64,000 nucleotides of DNA from a virus: IMG/VR virus record IMGVR_UViG_3300017971_000007. One strand, 5' to 3'. The translations under genes were made by a program, and so were the position numbers. Numbering within the stretch: the first letter of the stretch is position 1; every line of letters begins with the position of its first letter. Positions 6,303 to 17,007 of the stretch are shown one piece after another. The notes under the pieces were generated by a model, which saw only the letters and a list, made by a program, of their open reading frames with translations, searched no databases and was not told the origin of the DNA.

Positions 6303-9300
6303 ATGCCTATTTCAAGTACAGAAATTAATAGTTTGATGGCCGGGCAGAACCAGATGTTCGGAACCGCCGTGTCTTCATTCGGTCCGATGGATGCTCCCGG
6401 AGTTAGCGAATACAATACCGGTACCCAGGCCGCTCCATCTATGATAGCTGGAGCAGCTACCTTCGGAGCTCCGATTGCCATGGGAATTGGGGGAATGATG
6501 GGAGGACCTATTGGCGGGATGTTGGACCCAACAACAGGAGCTCTTAGGGGATTTGGTAGGGGAGTTGGATGGAGATCTGGAGCGGGTTTTGGGGCGAATA
6601 TAGGGAATGTGTTTAGAGGAGGGGTAGGAGGAATAGCTAGGGGTGTTGGAATGGGGGCACTAGGATTCCTTCCAGGAGCGGCAATATACGGGGCTGCGAA
6701 CTATGCCGCAGGTCAGATGGTGGAAGGTGCCCAATTCCAAAACCAAATGGGTTCTTTTCTGCAAAGAAACTTCAGATTTACTAACCCAGCCAGCGAAACC
6801 GGATACGGGTTCGGGACCTCTCAGAGACAGCAAATAGGAAGGATGGTTCAGGAGATGGGCATCAAGGACGTGATGTCTACTCCCCAGGAATTGATGAACA
6901 TCATGAAGGGCGGGACCCAAATGGGGTTGTTCCGTGGAATTCAAGATGCCAGACAATTCAAGAACCGATTTAAGGAAGTCAAGGACACTCTCCAAGAGAT
7001 AGCTCAGACATTTAATAGTACATTGTCTGATGCCCTTCCGTTTCTAGGACAAGCCCGCCAAATGGGATTTTGGACTCCACAAGATATTACCAAGCACGCT
7101 GGTCAGGTTAGACAGGTACAATCTGCGACCGGCATGAATGCTCAACAGGTCCAACAAACAATGGCTGTCGGTGCTCAGATGGTTAGGTCAATAGGAGGGA
7201 CCGGTCAGCAGGGTGCACAGATGATGGCCCGGGCGCACATGATGGCGGGCTCGGCCGCATTTGGGAACGTTGTATCTGAGCGAGAACTTGGGGAGGCTGG
7301 ATTTGGGATAGGCGAGCAAGGGACCATGAACTTAGGCAATATGCTTGGTGGTCTAAGCGCAAGATTTGCCAGGGGCAGAACCGGACGATGGGCATTGGCT
7401 GCCATGATGAATAGAGAAGGTACTGGTTTAGACCCTGCTGCCCTAGCCGCATTTACGTCAGGCGGTCTTAGTATCGGAAGAATAGGTTCTCTAGCCAGAA
7501 GAAATGTTGGTGGGGGAAGAGCATACAAATTTGTGCAGAATGAGGAGGAACTCCGCGGACAACTCGCCCAAGCCGGCCCACAAGCTGCTTTGGGAATTGT
7601 ACAGTCTCTAGCCGGTCAAAGACTTTGGGGGGAGGGCGATAGAGACAAGTTGGTCACAAATAGAGTTATTCGGAGATTCTTTGGAGGAACCAAGAGGCAG
7701 GCGGAGATAATCGCCAAAATGGCTAGAGAGATGCCCCGTATTATGGCCATTCAATCTGCCCGTTCAGAATCTTCGTTAGACGCTCAAGAGCGTCAACGAG
7801 AGCAGATGATGAATAACACCTATGAGGGATTTAAAAGGAAGATAGGGCAATGGTGGAGCCAGAATGTAGATGGTCCGCTCCAACAAGCTGGAGCTGAAAT
7901 CAGCAATACTGTCGGCCGGTCCTATCAAAATTTTGTGGATAAGTTGACGGGACAGAGAGGAAGAGGGCTTGGTGTAAGCCCGGCTGCTGTCCGCTCGATG
8001 GTGAGGGCGGCTCAGACTGGAAATCTTGAGTACATCCAGGAGACGATGGCTGGTCCCGGAGCCATGCAGGAATTTCTTGGAGGAGCCGGCGGAGGTGTCG
8101 GGATGGAGGCTGCAGAAAGAATGAGGAACTTAGGGTTTAGCCCGACCCAAACAGAGCAGTTATTCGGGGCCAGGGGCATGGGAATAGCCAACGCCATAGC
8201 TCCTGGAATTGGTGGACTGGCGGTTATGGGAATGAACAAAATCGCTTCTGCCTTTGGATATGGACAGGAATTCGGTGCCGGACAGATAGATGAGATGCGC
8301 GGACTAACCCAGGGCAGTCGTGGAATTGTTGGAGCTGGATCTGCTAAGGCACTAGGATTCGGAACCACTGAGGCCATGACTGAGGCTTTGGGAGGTACTG
8401 GGGCCAGGAACATACAGACGTTTTTAAGAAGCTCAGAAGTCCAGCGCATGCGCATGCGCATGGGAATGGGGACCCTAAGCGAATCAGACAGGATGAAGTA
8501 TGCCCGGGGAGTGCTTCAGAGAGTTCAAGCTGGAGCTGCGGGAGAAGCTGCTCAAAGATTGGTTTCTGGATTAAGTGAGAGACAGGCTTTAGCCAGATTG
8601 ATGGCCGCTCAAGGAAAAGTTGGTGGTGAGTTCACTGCATTAGGTGATATGGGAGCTGGTATCGGAGAAGGAAATATAAGAGAGAGGATAGCGGAAGCAC
8701 AGGAACAGGCTGACCAGGGTCTGGCAGAAGTTCTTGGAGGAGGCTCGGCTATGGGCGGACTACTAGGAAGGGCAGGGGCTGCAATCGCCGGTTTAGCGAC
8801 TGCTCCATTTGGCGGCGCAGGTCTACTAAAAAGAGCGTTTGAAGGTGGCGAGAAACCTACCGAGGCCGGAATAGAGGAACTCAGAAAAGATCCACGCGGG
8901 GCTGAGGCATTCCGCCTTTTTCACAGCGCAGAAGAAGCTGAAAAAGATGGAGACATGGATAAGGCCAGGGCTTTAAGAGAGAAAGCCAGAGGTCGGATGA
9001 GTGAATTGGCCCAGGATACAGAATCTGGGATATCCAAGTCTGCTAGGTCAGCGGCTATTCTCTTAGGAGATGCCTCAGACCCGAGATCTAAGGCAGCTGC
9101 TAAAGCATCTGCTAATATCGGTCTCGGTATAAAAACATCCAACAGTCATATGTTTGCTAAGCAATTAGCTAGAAGGCGTAGGAGGGTAGTTGAGCAATTA
9201 GGCGGGGAGGGAGGACAGGGCAGGTTTAATCTGATGCAATTGGCTGGAAAAGATTCTGAGATTGGTAAGGCTTTGTCTAGTGCTCTGCGAGTGGGGACAG

Positions 9301-9980
9301 AGAAAGACCCTATAACAGCTAAAGAACACGTCACCCAGATGACAAACTTAGCCAGATTAGCCATAGAGGACCCCGACAAGGCTGCCAGGATGGCGGCTCT
9401 TCTACAACAAGAGGGTTTGGCTGGGACTGAATTGGAATACATTCTCTCTGGGGCCGGAAGAGTATCCACTATGGCAGAGTTGGGGATATCAGCAGAGGCC
9501 GAGGAAGGACTCGCCACTGGCGGAAGAAGGGGGTTAGGAAAAGCGCGAAAAGGTCTCAAGGCAATGCTCACTGGAATGGGACTTGGAGGCATAGATCAGA
9601 AGACGATAACAGGCCTCATACGTGGAGATGAGACCGCTAAGGAAACATTCACCGAGATAATGAGGTCTAAGAGATTCGGAGACCCAGATATCAAAAAATT
9701 CATTGAGGAGGCCCGCGGGGGACTGACAGAGGCGGAGATGAGAAGTAGAGGAGCTGGATTGCTTGTTGGTGGGGGAGTAACCACTCACAGTGAGCAAGTT
9801 GCCAAGGAAGCCGGTCTTAAGAAAGGCGAGCTTCATCTAACTGGCAGAGAAGGTTCTTCTAAAGGAATGCATGAGACATTAAAAGTTCACACTGTATATT
9901 TTAGGCAGATGGTAGATGCCCTAGGAAAAATATCCAGAAACGAGAAAATCACAAAGAAGGGTCCGGAAGGAGAAGAATAA
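6303..9980 (+). CDS. probable tail tape measure protein, 1225 aa
   Basis: long Gly/Ala/Met-rich helical protein with hydrophobic Gly-rich segments, directly upstream of baseplate genes. Confidence 0.65.
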   Translation: MPISSTEINSLMAGQNQMFGTAVSSFGPMDAPGVSEYNTGTQAAPSMIAGAATFGAPIAMGIGGMMGGPIGGMLDPTTGALRGFGRGVGWRSGAGFGANIGNVFRGGVGGIARGVGMGALGFLPGAAIYGAANYAAGQMVEGAQFQNQMGSFLQRNFRFTNPASETGYGFGTSQRQQIGRMVQEMGIKDVMSTPQELMNIMKGGTQMGLFRGIQDARQFKNRFKEVKDTLQEIAQTFNSTLSDALPFLGQARQMGFWTPQDITKHAGQVRQVQSATGMNAQQVQQTMAVGAQMVRSIGGTGQQGAQMMARAHMMAGSAAFGNVVSERELGEAGFGIGEQGTMNLGNMLGGLSARFARGRTGRWALAAMMNREGTGLDPAALAAFTSGGLSIGRIGSLARRNVGGGRAYKFVQNEEELRGQLAQAGPQAALGIVQSLAGQRLWGEGDRDKLVTNRVIRRFFGGTKRQAEIIAKMAREMPRIMAIQSARSESSLDAQERQREQMMNNTYEGFKRKIGQWWSQNVDGPLQQAGAEISNTVGRSYQNFVDKLTGQRGRGLGVSPAAVRSMVRAAQTGNLEYIQETMAGPGAMQEFLGGAGGGVGMEAAERMRNLGFSPTQTEQLFGARGMGIANAIAPGIGGLAVMGMNKIASAFGYGQEFGAGQIDEMRGLTQGSRGIVGAGSAKALGFGTTEAMTEALGGTGARNIQTFLRSSEVQRMRMRMGMGTLSESDRMKYARGVLQRVQAGAAGEAAQRLVSGLSERQALARLMAAQGKVGGEFTALGDMGAGIGEGNIRERIAEAQEQADQGLAEVLGGGSAMGGLLGRAGAAIAGLATAPFGGAGLLKRAFEGGEKPTEAGIEELRKDPRGAEAFRLFHSAEEAEKDGDMDKARALREKARGRMSELAQDTESGISKSARSAAILLGDASDPRSKAAAKASANIGLGIKTSNSHMFAKQLARRRRRVVEQLGGEGGQGRFNLMQLAGKDSEIGKALSSALRVGTEKDPITAKEHVTQMTNLARLAIEDPDKAARMAALLQQEGLAGTELEYILSGAGRVSTMAELGISAEAEEGLATGGRRGLGKARKGLKAMLTGMGLGGIDQKTITGLIRGDETAKETFTEIMRSKRFGDPDIKKFIEEARGGLTEAEMRSRGAGLLVGGGVTTHSEQVAKEAGLKKGELHLTGREGSSKGMHETLKVHTVYFRQMVDALGKISRNEKITKKGPEGEE

Positions 9981-9981
9981 A

Positions 9982-10227
9982 ATGGGTATCAGGAGATTAG
10001 ATGGAACTAATAAGATACCGGTTAGGAATGAGGCTTTCTTCAGAGTTCCTATCCGGGACGGGACGATTAGGACTGTTATTGTCAGGGACCTTCTGGCAGT
10101 CGAGGACCCTTATTTGAAATTAGTTCGGGCGAAGCTTTATACTGTTCTTACGGGGGATGATTTTAAGGCTGAGATAACGGACAGGTCCATAAAGGATGAC
10201 CTGATTAAATCAAATATCCAGATTTAG
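9982..10227 (+). CDS. hypothetical virion-module protein, 81 aa
   Basis: tightly coupled ORF. Confidence 0.7.
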   Translation: MGIRRLDGTNKIPVRNEAFFRVPIRDGTIRTVIVRDLLAVEDPYLKLVRAKLYTVLTGDDFKAEITDRSIKDDLIKSNIQI

Positions 10228-10235
10228 GAGAGCGT

Positions 10236-10325
10236 ATGGAAGAGTTTCTGAAAAGTCTGGTTCCGTTGATAGAAGTTTTGACGGCATTGGCTATCACTGC
10301 CTTATTAATTAGTTGGTGTAAATAA
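10236..10325 (+). CDS. 29-aa single-pass membrane peptide (MEEFLKSLVPLIEVLTALAITALLISWCK), absent from the ORF track
   Basis: AGGAG SD; fills the gap exactly; TAATG overlap with the next gene. Confidence 0.65.
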   Translation: MEEFLKSLVPLIEVLTALAITALLISWCK

Positions 10326-11758
10326 TGTCCACGTATATCGAAATGAGAACAGATGGATTCGCCAGAAACCTTGACTCAATTGTGGAGACCGAGGCGTTAG
10401 ATTATTCAGGGGTCAGACGTCCATTACGAGGCGTTGAGATAAAAGATGACACCTACGCGATCATCAAAGTGCTTCGTTCTGATGGGTCGGAAGTAGCTTT
10501 GACTGATGCCGGTTCCAAAAGAACGGCCTCTAGCGCCAGCGCTAGGTCCTTGAGGAATCTTAAATCAAACCCAAAGGCCGACTTAGACCAGCCCCCAGCG
10601 GGGTCGACCTTCAATTACAGCAATTTCATTGCCCAGAGAGTTGTGGATTCCAGGGCAGAGAAACAACAAATCATTGAAACATTTGGGGAGCCGTATATTT
10701 TCTTCTACGGAGAGAAGCCCAGGATTATGAATGTCCAGGGCCTTCTCATGAACACCGCGGATTTCAACTGGAAGAATGAATTCTGGAAGAACTACGAAAA
10801 TTACCTTCGCGGGACGAAGCTGGTGGAGCTAGATGCTAGAGTGTATTTCTACTTCGATGACCAGATTGTCGAGGGTTACTTATTAGATGCTTCAGCGTCC
10901 CATGATGCAAGTCTCCCTTATCAAGTTCCCTTCCAATTTACTTTGTTTGTTACGTCTCATACATATCTTAGTCTTATCGATGACACTGGTATGTATCCCG
11001 TCTCCGCAAATGTACGGGTTCCAGTCGATAATCTCAGGGACAAAGACAATTTAGATAACACCATCAAACAGCTTAGGGCCAGGATGGATTCCTTAAGACC
11101 GGATGAACTCCTTAGCACAACATGGGCAGTACAACAGGCGGCAGAAAAAGCTGCAGGGGGAGTAATCGGAAAACAGGCAATTATGAGTGCCGTCATAAGC
11201 GGATTGTCTGATTTTGAGGCAAAGACGGTAGCTTTTTTTGAGAATATCAAAACCTACTTCTATGGCCGTAGGATGGTTGTTCCGAAGGGAATAGCGGGTT
11301 CAGAAAATCTTACTTCTCGAGCCGAATTTGCGAATAAGGCAACATTTCCTGGAGAACCTATAGAGAGAGACTTGCCGCTGAGAACTTTCATCTCGGATAA
11401 TGTCGATGAATATATCGGTGGATGGGCCTATGACTTGCCAAAGTCTGTCATGGAGGAAGATATAGACCTAAACGAGATATACGAAGAAGATATTGAGAAA
11501 GCCTTACTAGCTCAGTTAGCTTCCATGGGAGTAGATATTAGCGACCCCACTCCGGCCCAGAATTGGAGGTCGAGCCTGACTCATACTCTGACAAAAACGG
11601 CGGATAGGATAGATTTCTATGCCGGTCTCGGTCGAGGCGTAACAACGAGTCTGAGAGAGAAGGCATTCCAGGCAGCGGATTTGGCTCAGTCCGTACCTAG
11701 CTTGCTACAAGCTCCTGTTGGGGCCTTAAAGGCTACGGTGCCGTTCTACATTCCTTAG
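10325..11758 (+). CDS. virion structural protein, possibly tail-tube-fold baseplate/tube initiator, 477 aa
   Basis: position after the tape measure; beta-rich N-terminal half (ETFGEPYIFFYGEKPR...). Confidence 0.45.
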   Translation: MSTYIEMRTDGFARNLDSIVETEALDYSGVRRPLRGVEIKDDTYAIIKVLRSDGSEVALTDAGSKRTASSASARSLRNLKSNPKADLDQPPAGSTFNYSNFIAQRVVDSRAEKQQIIETFGEPYIFFYGEKPRIMNVQGLLMNTADFNWKNEFWKNYENYLRGTKLVELDARVYFYFDDQIVEGYLLDASASHDASLPYQVPFQFTLFVTSHTYLSLIDDTGMYPVSANVRVPVDNLRDKDNLDNTIKQLRARMDSLRPDELLSTTWAVQQAAEKAAGGVIGKQAIMSAVISGLSDFEAKTVAFFENIKTYFYGRRMVVPKGIAGSENLTSRAEFANKATFPGEPIERDLPLRTFISDNVDEYIGGWAYDLPKSVMEEDIDLNEIYEEDIEKALLAQLASMGVDISDPTPAQNWRSSLTHTLTKTADRIDFYAGLGRGVTTSLREKAFQAADLAQSVPSLLQAPVGALKATVPFYIP

Positions 11759-11767
11759 GAGACGAAC

Positions 11768-12175
11768 ATGGAAGTTAGTAAACTAGCCGGGATATTCGAT
11801 GAGTTAGAGAAAATATCCGCGACTGTGTTAATGAAAGAGCTGACCCCGGCGGCCAAAAAGTTTATGAACAGGCTGACGGGATTTAGTGGTGTCGAAAAAC
11901 ATGCTCCTCCCACAGCCAGAAAATTGAAAAAGCTGTTAACAGGCCCAGGCTCCCCCCCTCTCACTACCGGAATCTCACACTCCAAATCCCTCACGGATAA
12001 GGCTGTAAAGGAGCAGAGCAGGAAGGTGTTTGAGGATGTATTATCCAAATCCGGTAAAGTTTATAAGAGAGGGGTCCCATCCAAGGCCGAAAAAATATTA
12101 CCGAAAAAAGTCAGCACAAAAGTAACAGAAGTCATGCCGATTTCACCGAGTATTGTGGGAAAGATTCCTGAATAA
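11768..12175 (+). CDS. basic protein with N-terminal IFDELEKISA motif
   Basis: AGGAG SD; motif shared with other ORFs in the window. Confidence 0.75.
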   Translation: MEVSKLAGIFDELEKISATVLMKELTPAAKKFMNRLTGFSGVEKHAPPTARKLKKLLTGPGSPPLTTGISHSKSLTDKAVKEQSRKVFEDVLSKSGKVYKRGVPSKAEKILPKKVSTKVTEVMPISPSIVGKIPE

Positions 12176-15100
12176 ATGGCACAAGGTCATCATCTAAGAA
12201 TTAGGTTGTTTTTGGAGGGCGTCGAAGTTCCTGTGGTCGCCACCTCCATACAGGTTGCGGCTAATGTCCCGGCTACAGCCTCCATTCAGGTAATAGCTAC
12301 AGATAAGGTACTGGACCTCCTCCCAAGAACAGTTATTCACCTTTTTTATTATGACTATGTGGAAGCTGGGCACGTGGCTCTAGACAGAAAGAAGGCCAAT
12401 CTCTCCAAAGAGAGTTACGAAGACTGGTTCAATTCCAGATACAAGCTCTTATTTATGGGGGAACTAGTAACTATAAAATTCCAGAAGCAGACCGGCCAGA
12501 GAGCAGTTGTACTAGAATGCGCAGATTTCTCCAATTACTGGGATACAACTTTCCAATACAACTTCAATGGGTCCTTGTTTGGTGGAAGAAGGAAGGCAGC
12601 ATTTATTGGGGCGAATAGTAATTTCTTTACAAGCCCGCTGGGTCACGGAACAGGAACTATTTCCAGGCTGTTGAATGGAAGGTCGGTTAACTTCCCAGAG
12701 CTCCGCGGTCTCCTAGCAGGAGTGGTGAGGATGCTAGAGGCGATTGGCGGGAGCTATTACGGTAAGAATACGTTTAGGGGATGTAACGATTTCACATCTA
12801 TCGCAGAACTAAGACTAAAAATCCTTCAACAAATTACTGCCGCTGAAAAAGATACTAGTACGGCGAAGCTATTCGCCAGGAAATCATTTAATGCCTGGAT
12901 GAATAGGTCCACTCAGAGTCTAGGGCAGTTAGTCAGTTTCAGGGGTTTAGTGAAGACGTGTTTTGGTTTCATCTTTCATGAAGTTTATCCTTGCCCGGTA
13001 GCCAAATATGTCCCAGCCGGAAACAGGTCAGAAACCAGAAAATGGAATGTGGGATTACATCAATCAAACAAATACGCCGGTTTTGCTGCAAAAGCTAGGA
13101 ATTCACTAAATCTAGTCAACACAGCCAGGGAATGGCTCGGGAATTGGAGACAGGCTGTAGCTGGAGACGGGAACCCTCCAGCGTTTGCATCGGCTTATGT
13201 TAGGTCGTGGATAGCGGCAGAAAAATCAGTCAATGAGCTGTATGCTCTTGGAGCGGCGACTGCACCAAAAGGAGCTCAAAAGGGACTGGCTATAATTAAG
13301 GAGAAAATGGGGAAGATAAGAGCCTTGTCTGTTAATAATGGCTTAATTAGCGCAAATTGGGGACCGGGGTACGGAACCTTAGATAGGAACTATTCCCAGA
13401 TAGATATCGAATATCAGGGCATCATAACTGCTCTGAAAGACATCCTCGGTATCAGATTAGCTAGGAGCAAAAACGTTACGGTAGATACCCAGCCGCGAGT
13501 CAATAATCAGATATTCAGGCCGGATGTATGGTTTACTGCCCCCCCAAGATGTAATGTTCTATTCCCCGAGATGTACAATCAGTTTGATTTTTCCAGACAA
13601 TATCTTCGGGAAGTGTCTAGGATAGAGCTTCAAACCCACAACGAAATTCTAGGCAATGATGCTTTATTTAATGGCAGATACTACGCTCCGAATGTGGAAG
13701 ATGTTCGTAGAGGAGCGAAATTAAGCTCCAGAAGATTTGCTCGCATCATTATGGACCACGAGCTCTATACTGGAATTATCCCTATGTTCGAGAATATGAG
13801 CGAGGCTAATTTATTTGCGATGCGTTCTGGTAAGGTGAATAAATCTGGCGCGAAAGTCAGCTATGCTCAGCGAGCGGTTAACTTCCAGTACTTCAAGTAC
13901 AGATTTGACAGTAGGGCAATGTCTGCCTCTGGAAGATTCAATCCCCAATTTGTAGCCGGATTCCCTTCTCTCATCATAGACAGACCGATGACTCAGAAGG
14001 ACTTATTAATTTCCTCGTTACCAACTGCAGAGCAGATAAAAGCTTTGGAGGATGCCGGAAAGACCGTCGGGGAAAATACCAGCAGGGGAGAAATTCTTAA
14101 GGAATTGGTAGGTCCGCAATATCTTGGAGTGTGCGCTTCGTTGTCCCATGTCGTATCTCAGGGCGGGGGAATCACGAGCTATCAATTCATGCAAGCGAGA
14201 GTGCATAGGGAGAGTACGGAATTTCTGGGGGTGGATAAGGTAGATACGTACAAGCAGGTCGGTCCAGGTATCACTGACACGATAGTTGCTACTCCAGAGG
14301 GAAGCCCTCCAAAAATAGGAGGGCGCGGCCCAAAAGGGGGAAAGATAACCAGAATTATTCCTATGTCATCTTTTGTAAAAGGAAGGATTTTCCCAGTTCT
14401 CGGTAATGGGACCCGTGTAATCATCGGCGAACTTTATCCAGAACCGACATATAAGCCGGCATATTTCGAGATTTTTCAAGACAGAAGCATAATGCTTAAA
14501 GCAGAAGCTTATTCTGTCAAAGAAGGGTATACGAGATATGTGAAATCCGGACAGGCAGATCTTCCCATGGAAGAGGCGGTGGCCCCGCCGTGGATTTGGG
14601 ATGGGTGGAGAGTTCCCAAAATCAACGAAACATATGATCAGATATTGGGAACGACTTCCATAACAGATATTTCTGGATACAGCGCGATGCAGACTGATGA
14701 ATCAGGAGCTCAAAGATTTTATGTAGGAGACGACCAACAAGCTGTAATCCAAGACCAGAACGATGTCTACGCATCTGGAAAAGGTAAAAGGTCTATTGCC
14801 TCCAAAACCGATACCAGGAGCCAGGAAATAAATAAGGCTAAGAAAAATAGCAAATCGCTGTTCCTAATGGATAACGAACTTACTGTAGAAAATTCTGTGG
14901 ATTATTTGGTCAGGGCCTATAGTTTTGTGAAGGCAAACAATCTGGATGTCGGGGATTTTCTTAAGTCGTATGGATGGCGTCCCGTGGCTACGATGGTTGA
15001 TATTCTTGGAGGCCAGGACCTTGAGATAAAACAGGTCACTAGAAAAGCGAGGAAGGTAGTAAAGCAGAAATTTCTGAAGAAGGAAGCCGTTGTCGTAACA

Positions 15101-15463
15101 TACGGTTTGGAGGAAAAAGACCCTATATACCCGTTTGAAGTGACTCCTAAGTCGTATCTCCCGAAGGATTTTAATACAGAGACTGAGGTCCTGGCCAAGG
15201 CTGTATACGGTACTAGGTACGTCACCAAGCTCGTAGACCAAATTGGATATGAGGCCGTAGGGAAAGAAGGATTTCACAGTCGCGCCTACGGAGATGTTGA
15301 GGACCTATTTGGGTTGGTAAGCCCGACAGTTAAAAAGGTCCTTCGGCTGTCTCAAGGGAAACAGAGAAAGGTAGCAGCTCGATTGGATGTGAGGAAGAGA
15401 AGAAGGGCGGCAGTTAAATTGTACGTGGCTGAATTAACACATTCCAAGGGATTGCTCGGGTAG
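12176..15463 (+). CDS. probable baseplate hub-like protein, 1095 aa
   Basis: N-terminus RLFLEGVEVPV...PATASIQV...LFMGE resembles the first barrel of hub (gp27/VgrG-type) proteins; synteny. Confidence 0.5.
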   Translation: MAQGHHLRIRLFLEGVEVPVVATSIQVAANVPATASIQVIATDKVLDLLPRTVIHLFYYDYVEAGHVALDRKKANLSKESYEDWFNSRYKLLFMGELVTIKFQKQTGQRAVVLECADFSNYWDTTFQYNFNGSLFGGRRKAAFIGANSNFFTSPLGHGTGTISRLLNGRSVNFPELRGLLAGVVRMLEAIGGSYYGKNTFRGCNDFTSIAELRLKILQQITAAEKDTSTAKLFARKSFNAWMNRSTQSLGQLVSFRGLVKTCFGFIFHEVYPCPVAKYVPAGNRSETRKWNVGLHQSNKYAGFAAKARNSLNLVNTAREWLGNWRQAVAGDGNPPAFASAYVRSWIAAEKSVNELYALGAATAPKGAQKGLAIIKEKMGKIRALSVNNGLISANWGPGYGTLDRNYSQIDIEYQGIITALKDILGIRLARSKNVTVDTQPRVNNQIFRPDVWFTAPPRCNVLFPEMYNQFDFSRQYLREVSRIELQTHNEILGNDALFNGRYYAPNVEDVRRGAKLSSRRFARIIMDHELYTGIIPMFENMSEANLFAMRSGKVNKSGAKVSYAQRAVNFQYFKYRFDSRAMSASGRFNPQFVAGFPSLIIDRPMTQKDLLISSLPTAEQIKALEDAGKTVGENTSRGEILKELVGPQYLGVCASLSHVVSQGGGITSYQFMQARVHRESTEFLGVDKVDTYKQVGPGITDTIVATPEGSPPKIGGRGPKGGKITRIIPMSSFVKGRIFPVLGNGTRVIIGELYPEPTYKPAYFEIFQDRSIMLKAEAYSVKEGYTRYVKSGQADLPMEEAVAPPWIWDGWRVPKINETYDQILGTTSITDISGYSAMQTDESGAQRFYVGDDQQAVIQDQNDVYASGKGKRSIASKTDTRSQEINKAKKNSKSLFLMDNELTVENSVDYLVRAYSFVKANNLDVGDFLKSYGWRPVATMVDILGGQDLEIKQVTRKARKVVKQKFLKKEAVVVTYGLEEKDPIYPFEVTPKSYLPKDFNTETEVLAKAVYGTRYVTKLVDQIGYEAVGKEGFHSRAYGDVEDLFGLVSPTVKKVLRLSQGKQRKVAARLDVRKRRRAAVKLYVAELTHSKGLLG

Positions 15464-15498
15464 TTGCCATAACCTAAACACAGGGGTTAGAGTAAGAT

Positions 15499-15945
15499 AT
15501 GGATATAACAGCATTAGAGGGTTTGTTTGATGAGGTCATAAAGATTGCGGCATCTAAAAGGATGGCTTCGTATATGCAGTCACGAACCGGCACGAGACCA
15601 ATTCGAGTACAGACTCTTTTGGATAAAGAAAATAATCAAACACAACAACCTGATTTGACGATTCAGGAACCGGATACTCAACCTATAGATAAAGAAGCTG
15701 CAGAAGAGGGATGGCAAGAAAAGACAATCCGTCCCTTTGCCGTCGCCAGACCTTATGTGGCTAGCGCTGCCAAAGGAGCTGTCCCAGGTTCCATTATCGG
15801 TACGGTATTAGGCGGAGGGAAAGCCGGGAAGATGACTTTGATTGGAGCCGGGGTTGGAGCAGGTCTAGGAACTCTGGATGCGGCTTTGCAAAAATGGGCC
15901 AAAGATAATCCGAGACAAGCCAAAAAAGCTCTAAAAGGAGTATGA
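15499..15945 (+). CDS. protein with N-terminal LFDEVIKIA motif and C-terminal glycine-zipper segment
   Basis: ORF; GSIIGTVLGGG...GAGVGAGLG. Confidence 0.75.
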   Translation: MDITALEGLFDEVIKIAASKRMASYMQSRTGTRPIRVQTLLDKENNQTQQPDLTIQEPDTQPIDKEAAEEGWQEKTIRPFAVARPYVASAAKGAVPGSIIGTVLGGGKAGKMTLIGAGVGAGLGTLDAALQKWAKDNPRQAKKALKGV

Positions 15946-16457
15946 TGAGGAAGGTAGCTGAACCTCCCCCGCCAAAGGGTGTATCCTCTAGTGAATGGGA
16001 CAGGATACTGTCCGGTCCTCCAAAGAAAGGAACTACAATGCCTGGAAATTTTGGACCTGGCGGAAAGTGGATTCATGACCGTGCTCACCGAATAATGTCT
16101 GAATCACCTGACACAAAAAAAGAGACTGCCTATGCTGTAGCTACTCAGCAGGCCCATAAAGTCGGAAAAAGTCCCAAGGGATTTAAGACGTCTGCTGGTG
16201 TACAGGAAGCCAAACAAAAGTATGGACTTCCAAAAAAAGAATATCAGAAAACCGCTATGCTGGCCGGATTCTTCGACGAGTTGAGTAAATTATCAGCTAT
16301 GGGGATGGATTTGAGGATGAAAGGTCCTGGAGGTGTAAAGAGGCCGCCATTTCCGACTGAGGGGTCCAAAGCATTAGCGAATCAAAAATTAAAGCAGACT
16401 TCCAAGCCTATAAGTCCGCCAAATGTAACTCTTAAATCAGTCACTACGAGGGTGTAA
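15942..16457 (+). CDS. basic protein with internal FFDELSKLSA motif
   Basis: AAAGGAG SD; ATGA overlap. Confidence 0.75.
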   Translation: MMRKVAEPPPPKGVSSSEWDRILSGPPKKGTTMPGNFGPGGKWIHDRAHRIMSESPDTKKETAYAVATQQAHKVGKSPKGFKTSAGVQEAKQKYGLPKKEYQKTAMLAGFFDELSKLSAMGMDLRMKGPGGVKRPPFPTEGSKALANQKLKQTSKPISPPNVTLKSVTTRV

Positions 16458-16458
16458 T

Positions 16459-17004
16459 ATGACTGTTTCAGCAGAAAGATTTATTAACTTCATAAAACAG
16501 GCCAAGCAGGATAATCCCGGAGAAATGAGCGATGTCTCTGGAGAGCAGAACCCAGAGCCGCACGCTATCAAGTATCCAGAAGATGACAGCATGAACGGGA
16601 ATAGACCAGGTCAAGAGTCTCTCACAGGCGGCGCAGAGAGTGAGGCGCGGGAAGGAAAGACTGACTATCTTCGCGAGGCCTTCGAGAATTTTGATTCTGG
16701 TGCAAAGGAAACTGGAGATGTTCTAAACGAGGCCCTGGATAGTTTCGGAGATGAGAGCAACGTTCTGTCCAAACCTCAAACAGAAGTTGCTGGGGAGAAG
16801 TATAGTTCAGCAATAGGTGAGGCGTTTTTGGATGAGTTGTCCAGAATTAAGGAAGCTGGAGGATTGGTCGGTAAGATGCTGACGCATAATATCACTCCAG
16901 GTTCTGGTCCTATTCACAAGAGACTGGTGAAAGGTTTCAAAGGTTTAGGACAATTGGTGAAGTCTCAAGTTAAGCGTCACGGTGCGAAGGGCGCAATAGA
17001 CTGA
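16459..17004 (+). CDS. acidic-then-basic protein with FLDELSRIKEA motif
   Basis: coupled ORF; charge switches from acidic to basic at the motif. Confidence 0.75.
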   Translation: MTVSAERFINFIKQAKQDNPGEMSDVSGEQNPEPHAIKYPEDDSMNGNRPGQESLTGGAESEAREGKTDYLREAFENFDSGAKETGDVLNEALDSFGDESNVLSKPQTEVAGEKYSSAIGEAFLDELSRIKEAGGLVGKMLTHNITPGSGPIHKRLVKGFKGLGQLVKSQVKRHGAKGAID

Positions 17005-17007
17005 GAA

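Noticed and set aside
8445-8462. CGCATG x3 microrepeat (RMRMRM) in the tape measure gene
   Set aside because: Short, in-frame and consistent with the Met/Arg-rich composition; no evidence of phase variation.
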